DNA of 64,000 nt, taken from the human T2T-CHM13v2.0 reference genome, Homo sapiens. Under the pieces are notes generated by a model. The model ran no database searches, was not told the origin of the DNA, and worked only from the letters and a program-made list of their open reading frames with translations. Both the position numbers and the translations under genes were made by a program. Shown here piece by piece: positions 1 to 14,289 of the stretch (positions are counted from its first letter, which is position 1; every line of letters starts with the position of its first letter). Location of the stretch: assembly GCF_009914755.1 (NCBI RefSeq), contig NC_060933.1; one strand, 5' to 3'.

Positions 1-558
1 GATAATTAGAGTAACAACTTTGCCTCTAGCAGATAAAAATTTAGAGAAACTTAGTAGCTACTGGTTAAAACAAGCAAACAAACAGAAACCCTCAACTAGA
101 GAACTTCATAGATTTTTAAATGAAAAAAACTTACTTGTATTGGGATATGCATATTGCAAACAAGCTAACTTGAGATTTGAGAAAAAGACAGCATGTTTTG
201 TATGAGTGACAGGGCCTCCCAAAAGCATTTTGCACGGCATAAAAATTAGAAAGTTCTAGAGAGTTATGAAAAAAATACATGAAAAAGAAAGGTAATAAAT
301 TGGTCTTAATTTAAATATCAGAATTACAGAAATCATTTTTCTACAGTCTAATTTAGCTAGTTTTTAACAAATTCTTATAGATCTTTTTTTCTTCTCTCCC
401 ATCATACAGCCATCCTTGATCAAATATTATTTACTCTATCTTCCAAACATATTGCTACTTCTTCCTTACCACCCCTACTGGTAGTACTCTTGTCTAAGCT
501 ATCATTGCTCCTCTGATGTTGTGGCCAGAAAAATATGCCGCCTCAAATTCTTACTTCA

Positions 559-723
559 TATATGAGTGAGAACATCCAAAATATATCCTTCTGTGCCTGG
601 CTTATTTCACTTAACATAATGTTCTTCATTACACATTTTATAACTGTATTAAAATATGACATATATACCATAATTACATACAAAAATTATATGCTCATAA
701 AAATTGAAAATTAAAATTGAAAG
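559..723. mobile_element. Short 5'-inverted L1MA-type 3' end fragment
   Basis: 559-628 is antisense L1 3'UTR (rc: aacattatgttaagtgaaataagccaggcacagaa); 629-723 is sense L1MA terminus with A-rich tail; flanked by AATTCTTACTTCA (546-558) and AATTCCTGCTTCA (724-736). Confidence 0.65.
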
Positions 724-967
724 AATTCCTGCTTCAAGAGGCTTGCTGTATTAACAGATCCATCTTCAGCACTTTGGAATCCAAAGCTGCTTTGTGCTGA
801 AGCCAAACTTTCCATGGGCTGCTCCCCACCAATGACTGAGCACGGCAAAGATCTAAGTCACATGCATTCCTCAGAGATGTGGGATCCACGTGACAAGATG
901 TTCTTGACTCTAGAATTCTGTCAGCCTTGCCAAACTTCCTTAGATATGTACCAAAATCGAAGACTGA

Positions 968-1050
968 CCTTTCTTCCCTCCCTCCCTTCCTTCCTTCCTT
1001 TCTTCCTTCTCTCCTTCCTTCCTTCCTTCCTTCTTCCATTCCTTCCTTTT
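968..1050. repeat. (TTCC/TCCC)n polypyrimidine microsatellite
   Basis: Directly visible; gives the EGRK-repeat ORFs at 734-1115. Confidence 0.95.
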
Positions 1051-2489
1051 TCAGAATAGTCAGACCTTAACCTAGGTCTTTTGGCTCTCCCAGCCTCCTC
1101 TAGTCCCATCTCCATTTTCCCTCCCAGACATTTCCCTCAATAGATCTCTTGTACATGGAATCCTGTCTTGGAATCTGCTTGCTTCCCACAAGATCCAGAA
1201 TAACACACCATTGTTACTGAAGTAATATTCCAAGTGATCTTGCTCTTTTATTCGCCAACAGACAATCCTCATTAACCAAACAGCTAGAATTCTCTTTTAA
1301 AAATGTAATTCAGAATATTACTTCTATATCATATCCCCCTACAGCTTTTCTGCATATTCTGATTAAATACCAAAGTCCTTAAATTTTATAAGACTGAGGT
1401 CCTTGTATTAACACGTGCTGTTCTATCATCTGGGAATTCTCTTTACCAAATAATCACATGACTTACTCCTTCACCTACTTTAAATTTTTAAACTTTGACA
1501 TTTAAATGAAGCTTCCCTGAGCACCCTTTTCAAAATAGCAACCTTTTGCAGCCTTCAGATATATTCTATCTCCTTTTCCTACTTTCCACTGAATGGCTGC
1601 AGCAGTTCTCTCTGGTTGCCTAACAACACATGGCAGAGACTAAAGGGACTATAAAGTTCCCTCATACCACTCCCACTCCGTTATTTCTAGCCTCAATTCC
1701 ATGAAGGTCTCTAGGTTATCAATACAGACATGCAACTCCCATGGGCATCTGATTATTTCAGCCGAAGGTTGTTTGACCTCTCTGGCAAAGCATCTTAATG
1801 ATTATAAAATCCAGAAGCCACATGTTTGGATTCTACCTGTCTCCTAGAGTCCTTACAAAATGTGGAACAGTAATGAAGAGCAATCACTCTTTTGGAAACA
1901 ATCCAAACTGCATAATTGCAAGCCTGGCCCCTGCATACCTTTCTATAGCACGAGAGTCTTTAGAAATCTATTTTTTATTTCACTGTTAACCCTTAGCCTG
2001 TGAATTCTAGTCTACACCATGTTTGCTGATTCCCTCAACCCTTTATTAGATAGCATTTCAAAATACCATGTATTTTATTTGTGTCACATAATATTTGCCT
2101 CCCTAATTTAGAAGGTAAAATCCACGAGGGTGGATTATTTTGCACCTTTTCTTTTTTACTTATATATTTGCAGTACCTATAATACAGTAGACACTGAAAA
2201 AATATTTTTGAATGAATGAACATACACATGGATCAATTGCATATGCATAAAAGTTGTGGATAAAATCATCAATCTTATGAATTTTGCTAAATAAATAAAA
2301 GAAAACATTATGAAAACCATTCCACAAAAACAAAAATGTTAATATTCTACATGCACAAAGAGTTCAACTTTATGAAAAAATATTAATATATAATAAATAA
2401 GTGGAGTAGAAAATGAATGAACAATATTTCTCAAAAAACAAATGTAAGAGGAAATAGAAAAATAAAGTTTTAATAAAAATATTAAAATA

Positions 2490-2777
<288 letters not shown>

Positions 2778-3030
2778 CTAAAATAAAACAACAATGTATT
2801 CGCCTATCTACTTTGCAAGAATCAAATAATAATGATAATATTCAATGTAACCAAGACTTCAGAAAGCTAATTAACTGTTTTCTACATTGGTTTATATATA
2901 TTTTCTGGAGGGCAATTGAGAAAGCAATTTCAAAATTTTAAAATACTAATTTTCTTTGAAGAAAAACTGTAATTCCACACAATTGCTAACGTGTGAAAGT
3001 TAATATAAAACATGATATAATTGTATTTTT

Positions 3031-6000
3031 TAACTAACAGACTTTAATCTTTAGAGCAGTTTTAGGTTCACAGCAAAACAGAAAAGAAAGTACATGGAGT
3101 TCACAAACCCTCCCCTATACTCTCACCAAACATCTGCAACATGCAGTCTTCCCCAACACCAACATGCTATATCATTATGGTACATTTGTCATAACCAGTG
3201 AACCAACATTAACACATTATCCACCAAAGTTCATAGTGCTCATTAGGGCTCACTCTTGGTTTTGTATGTTCTATGGGTTTTGACAGATATGTAATGGTAT
3301 GTGTTCACCATTACAGCATTACACAAAATAATTATTCATTTCTTTTTTCATCCGATTTTTCCTCTCATCACCACTCCGCTGTAAGTCCTGGGTACTGTCT
3401 CCATGGTTTTGCCTTTTTCAGAATGTCATATTTTAAACCATATATAGCCTTTTCTGATTGGCTTTTTTCACTTATCAATAGGCTTTTAAGATTTCTCCAC
3501 ATACTAATATTTTTCCAGCTCTAAATAATATTCCGTTGTATGATTACACCACAGTTTATTTATCCATTTACCTTATTAGAGACAGCTTGGTTGCTTCCAA
3601 GTTTTAGTCATTATGAATAAAGCTGCTGTATACGATTGTATATTGTTTTTGTTTGGACATATTTTCAATTCATTTGGATAAATAAGAAGGAATGAGTTTG
3701 CCAGTACAAGTATGTTTAGTTTTGTAAGAAACTGCCAAACTTTCTTCCAAAGTTGCTGTACCATTTTGCATTCCCATCATCAATTAATATGAGTTCTTAT
3801 TGGTCCATCCTCTTCAGTGTTTGGTGTCAATGTTTTGGATTTTGGCCTTTCTGGTAGGTGTGTAGTGGTCTGTTACTGTTGTTTTAATTTTTAATTCACT
3901 AATGACATATGCAGATAAATATATTTTCATATGCTTATTTACCATCATACATTTTTTATGAAGTGTCTCATTTTTAACCATTTCTTAATTGGTTTGCTTT
4001 TTATTGATGAGTTTTAAGAGTTTTCTGTGTATTTTTCATTTCAGTCTTTTACCAGATATGCATTTTACAATACTTTCTATTTTCTTCTGGTCAGTGGCTT
4101 TTCTTTCATTCTCTTAACAGTGTCTTTTGCAGGGCAGAAAATTTTAATTTTAATAAAGTCCAACATCAATATTTTTTATGGATCATGCTTTTTGCATTGC
4201 ATCTAAAAGGTTGTCACCAAAACCAAGGTTATCTAGATCTTCTCCTATGCCATAATATCTTCTAGGTCTTTTACAGTTTTAAATTTAACATTTACTTCTA
4301 TTGTTAATTTTATGTTCTTTTTGCAAAAAACATATGATGTTTTTCTAGATTTTCTTTTGGTATGTGGATGTCTGGTTATTTTAGCACCATTTGTTAAAAA
4401 GTCTACCCTTTAACAGTTGAATTGTCATTGCTCTTTGTTAAAGAGTATCTGACTATGTTTGTGTGGGGTTGTTTTACAAGTTTTCTATTCTGTTTGTCTA
4501 TCCTTTCATCAATACCACAGTATCTATTACTATAACTTTGTGGTAAGTATCACAATTGAGCAGTATGAGTCCTCTGATTTTGTTTTTCTCCTTCAAAGGC
4601 ATTTTTACTAGCTGAGTCTTTTGACTTCTATTGTAAACTTCAAAATCAGTTTGCTGATATCTACCATATAACTTACTGGGATTTTGGTTAAGATTGCAAG
4701 GAATTTATATAGATCAAGTTAGGAAAAACAGACATTTTAACAATATTGAATCTTCTATCCTTCAAGACAGGTTATCTCCTCATTTTTATTTAGATCTTAT
4801 TTAATTTCTTTCTTCAGAGTTTTATAGTCACCCTCATATAGATCTCATAACATATTTTATTAGGTTTATACCGAAATATTTCATTGTGAGAGTCCTAATG
4901 TAAATGGTATTGTGTTTTTTAATTTCATATTCCAATTGTCTATTGGTGATATATGGAAAATGAATTGATTTTTTTATAATATTTATAACTTGAAAACTTG
5001 CCATAATTGTTTAGTAGTCTCAAGAGGTTTTTATTGTTGTTGTTGTTGAAGATTCTTTTGTATTTTATACATAAACAATCCTGTCACCTATGTACAACAA
5101 CTATTTTATTTCTTCTTTCCCAATTTGTACACTTTTTACTTCCTTGTCTTTTTGCTTTAGATAGGACTTCCAGTGTGATGTTGAAAATCAGTGGCAAGAA
5201 CATGACATAATTGCTCCGTTCTTGATCTTAGAGGAAAAGAGTTTTTCATCATAAATATGTTATCTGTCTGTTTTTGTGTAGATTTTTCTAATTTGAGGAA
5301 GTTCCTCTCTATTTCTGGTTTGCTAAGAGCTTTTATCATGAGTGAATATTATTTTTATCAAATGATTTTTCTTCATTTATTGAAATGTTCATGTGATTTT
5401 TTAAATTGATGAACCAGACTATATTAATTGATTTTCCAATGTTAAACCAGCCTTGTATGCCTGGAATAACATGATGTTTATCATGCTTAGTACTCTCTGA
5501 GATTTCTAGATCTGTGTTTTGTTTGCTTGGTTTTGTTTTGTCATTAATTTTGGAAAATCTCAGTCTTTGGTATTTCAAATATATTTTCTGATTCTTCCTT
5601 TCTTTCTTTGAATTCTTGTATTTCCATTATGTGTATGTTACATATTTTGTAACTGTCCTCTGTCCTTGGATATCCTGATGTGTCTTTTTCACTTTTTTTC
5701 CTCTTTGCATTTTACTTTTGTAAGTTTCTATTGATATTTCTCTAAGTTCACTGATTCATTCCTTAGTTACGTCAAGTCGGCGGATGAGCACATCAAAGGC
5801 ATTTTTAAATTTCCATTCTAGTGTTTTTGATTTCTACCATTTCCTTTTGATTCTTTCTCAGAATTTTTTTCTCTGTGTTTATGTAACCTGACTGTTCTTT
5901 TGGTTGTCCAATTTTTATATTAGCACATTTAGCATATTAATTACAATTATCAATAACTCCTAATATGATTCCACAACCTCTCCCATATCTGAGTCTGGTT

Positions 6001-7080
6001 CTTATGCTTAAGTCTCTTCAAAGTATGTTGAGGTTTTTGTTTATTTGTTTGTTTGTATGTCTTCTCAATTTTTATTGAAAGCTAGACATGATACACTGAG
6101 TAAGAAGAATGACAGTAAATAGAACTTTACTATGACGTTTTATGGTTATTTCACAAGGAGTTAGCCTATGTTTATTGTTTGCTATAACTTTAAGTGTCTG
6201 AAGCTTCATTTTTCCTGTTTTTGTCTCCCCTATTGGCTTTGGATTTCCCTAGAGATTTATTCTTAAGTAAGGTATGATAAATATATTTCTTACAATTGTA
6301 TTCTCCTGTTACGATATTCCTGTTATGATACAGGAACCCAATTTATGTTGTGGTAAGATGTTGGGAAAGAGAAAGTGTTCTATATTCCTTTCATTATGCC
6401 TCAGTCTTTTGGTGAGTCTGTGCCGCTGGGTTTTGACCTTCATAATTACTTCTCTGTTTCTACTCCCTCCTCCTCCTTTGAGGCTAGGTAGAAAAGCAGA
6501 AGAATATTGGAATTTGATACTTCCCTTCCCCCGTGTGAATGCTGGAGGTGGCTAGGGTTGAGTATTTCTCTTTAACCAGGTTAATTAACTTCTGCTAAAA
6601 CCCAAGGTAAATTAGGTTCAGGTAAAATTGCTTCCCTGGTAGTCAGTTTATTTCCCTCCAACTCAGTAAGGAGCACTAGAGGATTTTCCTCTGAATGACA
6701 CCATAAAATCTTTGTGGGGCTACTGGAGATAAAATTCATGAAAATATGCTCCCTCTCTAAGACTGTGCCTCTCGGGAGTCTTAACTCTCAAGCTTGTTCA
6801 TACTGAGCCTCTAGAAATGTATAAACTACATTTTAAGCTTTTCTACTCTGGTACTGGTTTCAGAGGAGAATATTGCTCCTAGGCTCCTGCTCCAGCAAGT
6901 TTTGATTCTTTGGGTCACCCATCTTTCCATCTTAAGGAGCAGCAATTTACTGTTGACCTCATATACTGATGGATCTAAGAAGAGTAGTTAATTTTCAGTT
7001 GGTTCATCTCTTTTCTTATTGTAAGGATGGGAGTGATGACTTCCAGGCTTCTTACATGAAAAAATGAAAACAAGAATTTC
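3031..7080 (-). mobile_element. Old L1 (L1MC/L1MD-type) retaining 3' end and 5' end with a large internal deletion
   Basis: Antisense L1MC/MD 3'UTR from ~3031 (tttagagcagttttaggttcacagcaaaa); ORF2 remnants (minus ORFs [28 protein letters not shown]); abrupt switch near 5475 to ORF1/5' sequence ending ~7075; candidate TSD ATAATTGTATTTT (3017-3029) / ATAGTTGTATTTT (7081-7093). Confidence 0.8.
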
Positions 7081-7908
7081 ATAGTTGTATTTTATTCATT
7101 TGTTTCATATTATTACCTATGGATGACATATATATTTTATATATATATGAAAGATATTCAAAAGACATTGGATTTAATTATTTTGAGAAATGTGAAGGTG
7201 TAATATTAATATCAAAAGTAAACTGCATTTCAATATTTGAGCAAAAACAGTGAGTAAAATTTCTAAATAATTGCATTTAAAATTGTAGATGCAATAGAAT
7301 AAATAAGAATAAATTCAAACCCTATAAGCAGATCCCTTTAACTGGAAGAATGAGCAAAAATCTGATATGCAATGGAAAGATACTTTAATTTTAAAGTGGG
7401 CAATATTTTTGAGCCTGTTAAAGAAAATAAAGTACTATAGATAAGATGCCGCAACTACTTCTATGAAGGAATAAAGCACAGCTTTCAGAAAAATAGTCAT
7501 GTTTATGAAAGTGTATCATTAAGTCATCTTTCATCACCATTAATGATATCGACTTTTTTACTCTAAGGATGGATAAAACTGATTATTATAAGTACACAGA
7601 TAAATTAGAACTTAAAAAGAGCAAAATAAAATGCATGTGGTGACTCTCAGCAAGCCTGGTAAAATAATAAAATTATTATTGTACATGTTTTAATATTTTA
7701 AAAAATATTATTTTAAAGAAAAAAGTACACACTATTAAAATATTAAAATATTGTTTAAAATCTAAACTATATATAAACATTAGAGAATTTACTCAGGCAA
7801 TCAGGACTGGTACAAGTAGATAAAAAGTATATAATCATTCTTTTTAACAGCAAGACATAAAATATACTATTTTTTTAATGCTGACAATTATACTAATGAA
7901 GATTATTA

Positions 7909-8377
<469 letters not shown>

Positions 8378-9254
8378 TCAATTTTACACATATTACGACA
8401 GGCCTACTTAGTGATTTTAAATTATTTCATTTTTTCCTATGGACTCAAATAAGAATATACATTATATATTGCTCATATACACACAATATATACACATAAA
8501 CAGAGACACAGAAATACAGAAAAGAAGAAAACGTAAGAGAAAAATATTTATATTGGTAAATTAAATTAACAGCAAAGCTATATCTTTTGTGAATATGTAT
8601 GCACTAAAATGATATGTAAAATGTATACAATAGAAACAATTAAAATAAATTGACAGCCAGAAAATAATAATGAGTTGTCTGCATAATGTTTTCAGTCATT
8701 GACAAAGGAATAAAGTGAAAAACACCCATACACACACATATATATACACACATATTTAAATACACACTTGTAAATATATAACTAATATAATCATTACATT
8801 CATTTCAAAAGAGCTCATAAAATTTCATGAATTAACCACTAAAATATTGAATCTGGCACAATAATATAATCAAAGCAAAAGTATCCAATAAAGTTAAAGC
8901 AAAATGAATACATTTGAAAGTAGCCAAAACCTTAGAACTGACTAATATAATAGAAAATTTTCAGGTATATCTCAAAAACAATTAAACGAGAGCAAAACAA
9001 GAGGCAACATTAACAACATATGATTTTATCACAGTTACTCAGAATTAGCACCACTAATATTCTTAACAGACTCCAAAATGCCCTAATGTATGGCAAATTT
9101 TTAGAAATATACATTTATCTAAATTCGTCAGGAGGTGCAAAACATAAAGATAGCTATACATTAATTAAGACATTAGCCATATTTATTTGTCAAAATATGC
9201 TGATGGCTCAACTGGTTTAAGTGTAAGACATAACATATTTCAGGGAGGACAAAT

Positions 9255-9830
9255 AGTATCTGAGGGATTCAACTGTAGAAAACAGAATTTATGCCAGCTA
9301 TTTGCAGTGAAAAATAAATTGCAATGTATTAAAAAAATTTTAGTTGATTTATAAAAATATAGATTTGTTGAAAAACTAAAAAATGGAAGCTTGGCTGAGC
9401 TTTTAAGAGAACTCTCAGAGCCACACTGGATATCCCAGAATTTTCTGCCTTTGTATATCAAGATAGTGTTTAATGAACTACTATGCAGTATTGGCTCTAA
9501 TATTGTCACTCTTTCACCATGATCTGAACTATGAAATGGGTATTCTGCATTTTTCCCACACCCTTAAGAAGCTAGGAGGTTTTACCAAAGCATCTCTGAT
9601 ATAGCAGCAACAAGAAAATCTAAGGTCTTTTGGACCATACTAGCTAGCGGAATTGTCAGCCATCAAATGATTGGTCTCCTTCTCATGTTGCTTTATTTCT
9701 ATGTTCAAAATTCCTTTTATATTCTTCTTATTGGTGCAACTTGTACCACATATGAAACTCTAAATCCAAGGCAGTCTAGGATATGTATTCTTCCATACAA
9801 AAGAAAGATTTCACAATACAAAAAAAAATG
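9255..9830 (-). mobile_element. Old MLT1-type MaLR LTR fragment (tentative)
   Basis: gagggattcaactgtagaaaacagaatttatgccagct... resembles old MLT1 LTR starts; heavily diverged. Confidence 0.35.
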
Positions 9831-10019
9831 TTGATGTAGCTAATGAGCTAGCAAAATGATGATCAAACATTTAGATCCAAAGAACCCTGCATATGCTAAA
9901 CACAGTTTTGACAATTCCAACAGACTGTTATTTATGTGAGTTTTATTTATCAACAGTTGTCACATGATAAAACTGAATTTCAGAGGTTATGTATTTATTA
10001 TTTTATTTTAAAAAACATT

Positions 10020-10340
10020 AAATAATTTATTAAATGTTAAGATAGCACTTTTTCCCATGGAAAAACGTTTATATTTTCCAAAGGAGAAAAATCATAGTAT
10101 GAATTTTGGTATGCTTTTACATTTTTCAAAATTTCTTTCATCTGTATTCGAATAGAAGCAGTTGGGTTCCTCATATTTTCCTCTGTATTCAACCTATTAT
10201 TCTCTTATTTTACTTTGTTTTAATATACCAAAAAAAAAAAATTTGGCCTTGCCTAGATAATGTCATTGGAAAGGAAGAACTTTGTGTACTCCTGAAAAGT
10301 TCTCAGAGATACTGGGGCTCCTCAGGCCATACGTTCCTCA
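10020..10340. mobile_element. hAT-Charlie (Charlie1-like) DNA transposon fragment
   Basis: ttttacatttttcaaaatttctttcatctgtattcgaatagaagcagttgggttcctcatat...ggaaagg and terminal ctcctgaaaagttctcagagatactggggctcc resemble Charlie1 consensus as recalled. Confidence 0.65.
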
Positions 10341-10495
10341 GAATATATATATTTCTTTCTATCTCTCTCTCTACATATGTATATGGTTACATATACATAT
10401 CTACATATGTGTATGTATATGTAGAAAGAGATAAATAAATATATATAAGAATGTATATCTGTAAGAATTAATATTCTTAATTTATATATATTTAC
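10341..10495. repeat. (TA)/(TATG)-rich low-complexity tract
   Basis: Directly visible. Confidence 0.8.
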
Positions 10496-10643
10496 AAATT
10501 AAGCTATTTAAACTCTACTACATTTAAGTTGAAGATGAAATAATCTCAAAACATTTTTACGGAGGAAAAAAATTAACAAATAACAACAAAACCTTTCTGA
10601 TATAAAGCCTAGAAATAAATACCACATTAATTAAAGAAAGACC

Positions 10644-10942
10644 GGCCTGGCGCGGTGGCTCACGCATGTAATCCCAGCACTTTGGGAGGCCGAGGCAGGC
10701 GGATCATGAGTTCAGGAGATCGAGACCATCCTGGCTAACAGGGTGAAACCTCTTCTCTACTAAAAAAATACAAAAAATTAGCTGGGTGTGGTGGCGGGCA
10801 CCTGTAGTCCCAGCTAATCAGGAGGCTGAGGCAGGAGAATGGCATGAACCCGGGAGGCGGAGCTTGCAGTGAGCCGAGAACGCACCACTGCACTCCAGCC
10901 TGGGTGACAGAGTGAGACTCCATCCCAAAAAAAAAAAAAAAA
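10644..10942 (+). mobile_element. AluY
   Basis: AluY diagnostics (ggatcatgag, gagatcgagaccatcctggctaac, gaatggcatgaacc, agcttgcagtg); exact TSD AAAGAAAGACC at 10633-10643 and 10943-10953 with TT/AAAG L1-endonuclease site. Confidence 0.97.
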
Positions 10943-12693
10943 AAAGAAAGACCAATCTCAGTAATGAACAACACACATGCATAAGTCCCAAATACATTTT
11001 ACCAAGTTGATATAGTGATGTCAAATAATTATATCTAATTAAACATGTAGATTTTAATCCAAAAGCATAAAATATATTTAGCAGTAGGCAGTGTATTAAT
11101 TAAATCCATTGCACTTATATTTCAAAAGTATAAAATATAATCAGAAACAAATCACTGACATTGACATCAAAATGTATTGATAAAATTAAGAATATAACAT
11201 TATAACAAAAAACACAAACCCTAATAATTGACTATAATGCTTTGTATTTATTTACTAGTGAAATATTACAGGCATTCTCATTAATGTCAGAGCAGTGCTA
11301 AAATGATTTTACTTTTGACATAATGAGCAATAAGGATATATACATAAGACATCTGAAAGAATATGGCATATATAAACAGTGTTACTCTCTGGTGTGAGAT
11401 AATTATAGAGATTCCTTTTTTGCATATTCCATTTATCTAAAATTAATGTGTCTTATTTACATAGTAAAACATTTTTAAAGAAATTTAAGTAAAGGCTGCT
11501 TACCCAAGAGACTTAACAAAATCAAGACTTAACCAAACCAGAAAGTTTAGATATAATTGATGGGGATTAATACAGCAGGGAGATTTAGAAAAAGAGAATA
11601 AAGACGGCAAAATTATTTTCAGGCAAAATATATTTTAAGAAAAAAATAGTACAGAGAGCCAAATGGTATATTTCATATAACTAAATCTCATGAACAACAA
11701 CATTAGGTCTATATCAGACATTAACTTTTGTGGGACAGTGGCATAGACTGAAAACAGATGTTCAGTGAAAATCATTTTCAAATGGGAGTAAAAATGACAA
11801 AAACACAAAGATAAGACTGAGAAATTATAAGACTAGCCATGAAGAAACCATGAGACTGGTGGCCATTGCAGCTCTTGTAATTCCTCTACTAGACCTCTGA
11901 CTATTCCAGAGCTGGGTTAACACAACGGATAAAGACACAATAGTAATAAGAAACTTTACCACACTCTTAACAGCCTTTAAAAATCTGAAGTTGCTGTAAA
12001 ACAGACATAGACATTTTGAATCATATTAAAATATTGAATACATATTTTATATGCTAATTTTTATCATATGTTATAGATAATATAAAATCAATGCTGCATA
12101 ACTATTATTTCCAAAATAAAGAAAATAAATGATCACATTGTAAATCCTTAAGATGACAGTATTAGAATAGTCTTTAAAATTTGCATAATTTAAGAAGTAT
12201 GTATAAGAATATAATTCTCATCTTATAACTCAACCTTATTATTTTGGACCTCCATTCTAACAATATGGTTAAAATCTAATCTTTTCATTATTTAATGACC
12301 ACCTAGTATGCATTTTACAGTATGGGTTGTTGCCCATTTAAAATATGGACATATTTAATCTCCAAAGACACAAATCATGCAAATAATAAATCTTATGCTA
12401 TAGTATTACCATATTGTGAATTTCAAAATACCATGGAACATAAATCTGTAAATAACAAACTTATACTATTCACCCAAACCCTAATAGTGATCCTTCATAA
12501 TCATATTTCAAGTTTTATCTACTTTACACTACCATGTGATTTCTTTTTGCTGTAATACATTAATTTATTTTTTTAAGTTAGATTACTGAATAGAACTATA
12601 CTATGTTAATTTTCCATAATCAAACAATTCACATCACGAATATTAGATAATTTACTGATTGTGCCTTTTCATTGCATGTAATTGAAATTTACA

Positions 12694-13374
12694 CTGTGGT
12701 TTTCATTTGCATTTCCCTGATGACTGGTGATGTTGAACGTTCTTTCCTAAAACACAACATTTATACACTGTTGGTGCGAATGTAAATTAGTACAACCTCT
12801 ATGGAAAACAGCATGGAGATTTCTCAAATAAATAAAAGTAGATCTACTATTGGATCCAGAAATCTTTCTACTAGGTATCTAATCAAAGGAAAATAAGTCA
12901 TTAATTATATCAAAAGACACCTGCACTCATGTTTATTGCAGTAAAATTCACAACTGCAAGATATGGAGTCAACCTAAGTGCCCATCAACTGAAGAATGGA
13001 TAAAGAATACGTGATAGAGATCACATTTTCATATGTATAATCTCCCATGGAATACCACTCAACCAATAAAAAAGAATGAAATAATGTCTCTCGCAGCAGC
13101 TTCGATGAAACCAGAGGCCATTATTCTAAGTGAAGTAACTCAGGAATAAAAAATCAAATACCACAAAGGCAAAGATACTAAGTGGTATAATGGACATTGG
13201 AGGATCAGAAGTGGGGAAGGTAGGGAATCAAAAATTAGCTATTGGGCAAAATGTACACTATTTGGGTGATGGGTACACTTTTAGTGGGGTTTTAGCCCCA
13301 AATTCACCACTATACCATTTAACCATGTAACCAAAAACCACTTGTACCTCTAAAGCTATTGAAATCTAAAAAAA
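12694..13374 (+). mobile_element. L1PB3/PB4-like 3' end with short 5' inversion
   Basis: 12694-~12746 is antisense L1 (tgtggttttcatttgcatttccctgatg); then sense 3' end to ccatgtaaccaaaaaccacttgtacctctaaagctattgaaa plus poly(A); TSD AAATTTACA at 12685-12693 and 13375-13383. Confidence 0.85.
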
Positions 13375-14289
13375 AAATTTACAAATAGATACAAAGTGAC
13401 ATTTTTAAAGAGATGGTAATTTTTGCACAATGTTTATTGGGATCAGATACTTAAGTCTTTATTTAATATGGAATGTTATTTATCTATTAAAAATGAAATA
13501 GTCCCTTGTTTGTAAATATGGGAGAATAGCAATGAAAGAATTTAAATAAAAAGTCCAATTACAAAGTAATGTATAAAAGATGAACTTACCTTTATGAAAT
13601 ATATAGGTGAACAACCTGTGTGTAAGTTTATATTAAAGGAAGTTATGTAATGATTCACACCAATCTTAAGGTGAAGTATCTCTTTATCCTTCCACTGCTG
13701 AATCACAGGAGATTAACTTTTTCTCCAGGTCTCTAACTATGTGCTGAGTAAGGTTATAGAAAATTATTTCTCTTTAAATAATATATTCCATAAAATTATT
13801 CAAGGATTATCATTATACTCCAGGAAGGCTTGCAGATAAGCAGGTCATCAATCTAGACCAACTGAGATTAAATTCATGCTATGCAGCCTATGCTATGCAT
13901 AAACCTGGGTCAAAATATTTATAATGAATATTTTTATATACTTATTTTACAGCAGCTATATAGTATGAAAATCACTAACATAAAAATAATTAAACTGAAT
14001 ATTTGTAATAACCAGGGAGGAATTAAATTGATCTAAGACAACTATGTTCTAATTACTGCATAAGTTTTCTCATGTTGTTGCACCATGTTAATAATTCTCT
14101 TACACATTTTGTCTAGTATAATTGGTACTTATAAATAAATTTGAACTGAGTGATTTACAACCATATTAAATTTTTAATTTCTTCAGAAAGAGTGTGAAGA
14201 TTATGGAAATGTATTTATGATCACAAACTGAGTGACAAGACCAGAGCACACACTTTTACAGGTATTATAAAAAGGCCTTTATTAAGAGA

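Larger units (their letters stand above)
517..1207 (+). mobile_element. Solo ERVL LTR, LTR16C-like, interrupted by a short L1 and a (TTCC)n tract
   Basis: TG...CA termini (tgttgtggcc...taacaca); internal ccaatgactgagcacggca...gatgtggga and terminal atcctgtcttggaatctgctt...aacaca resemble LTR16 consensus as recalled. Confidence 0.6.
380..2222 (+). mobile_element. L2 (L2a-like) LINE 3' region, split into three pieces (~380-516, ~1208-1589, ~2036-2222) by later insertions
   Basis: Pieces resemble consecutive parts of the L2 3' consensus (ctctatcttccaaacatatt...acccctactg...tctaagctatcatt; cagctagaattctcttttaaaatgtaa; ending in the typical aaatatttttgaatgaatgaa tail at ~2200-2222). Confidence 0.65.

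Noticed and set aside
734-1115. EGRK-repeat and PSF-repeat ORFs
   Set aside because: Translation of the (TTCC)n microsatellite.
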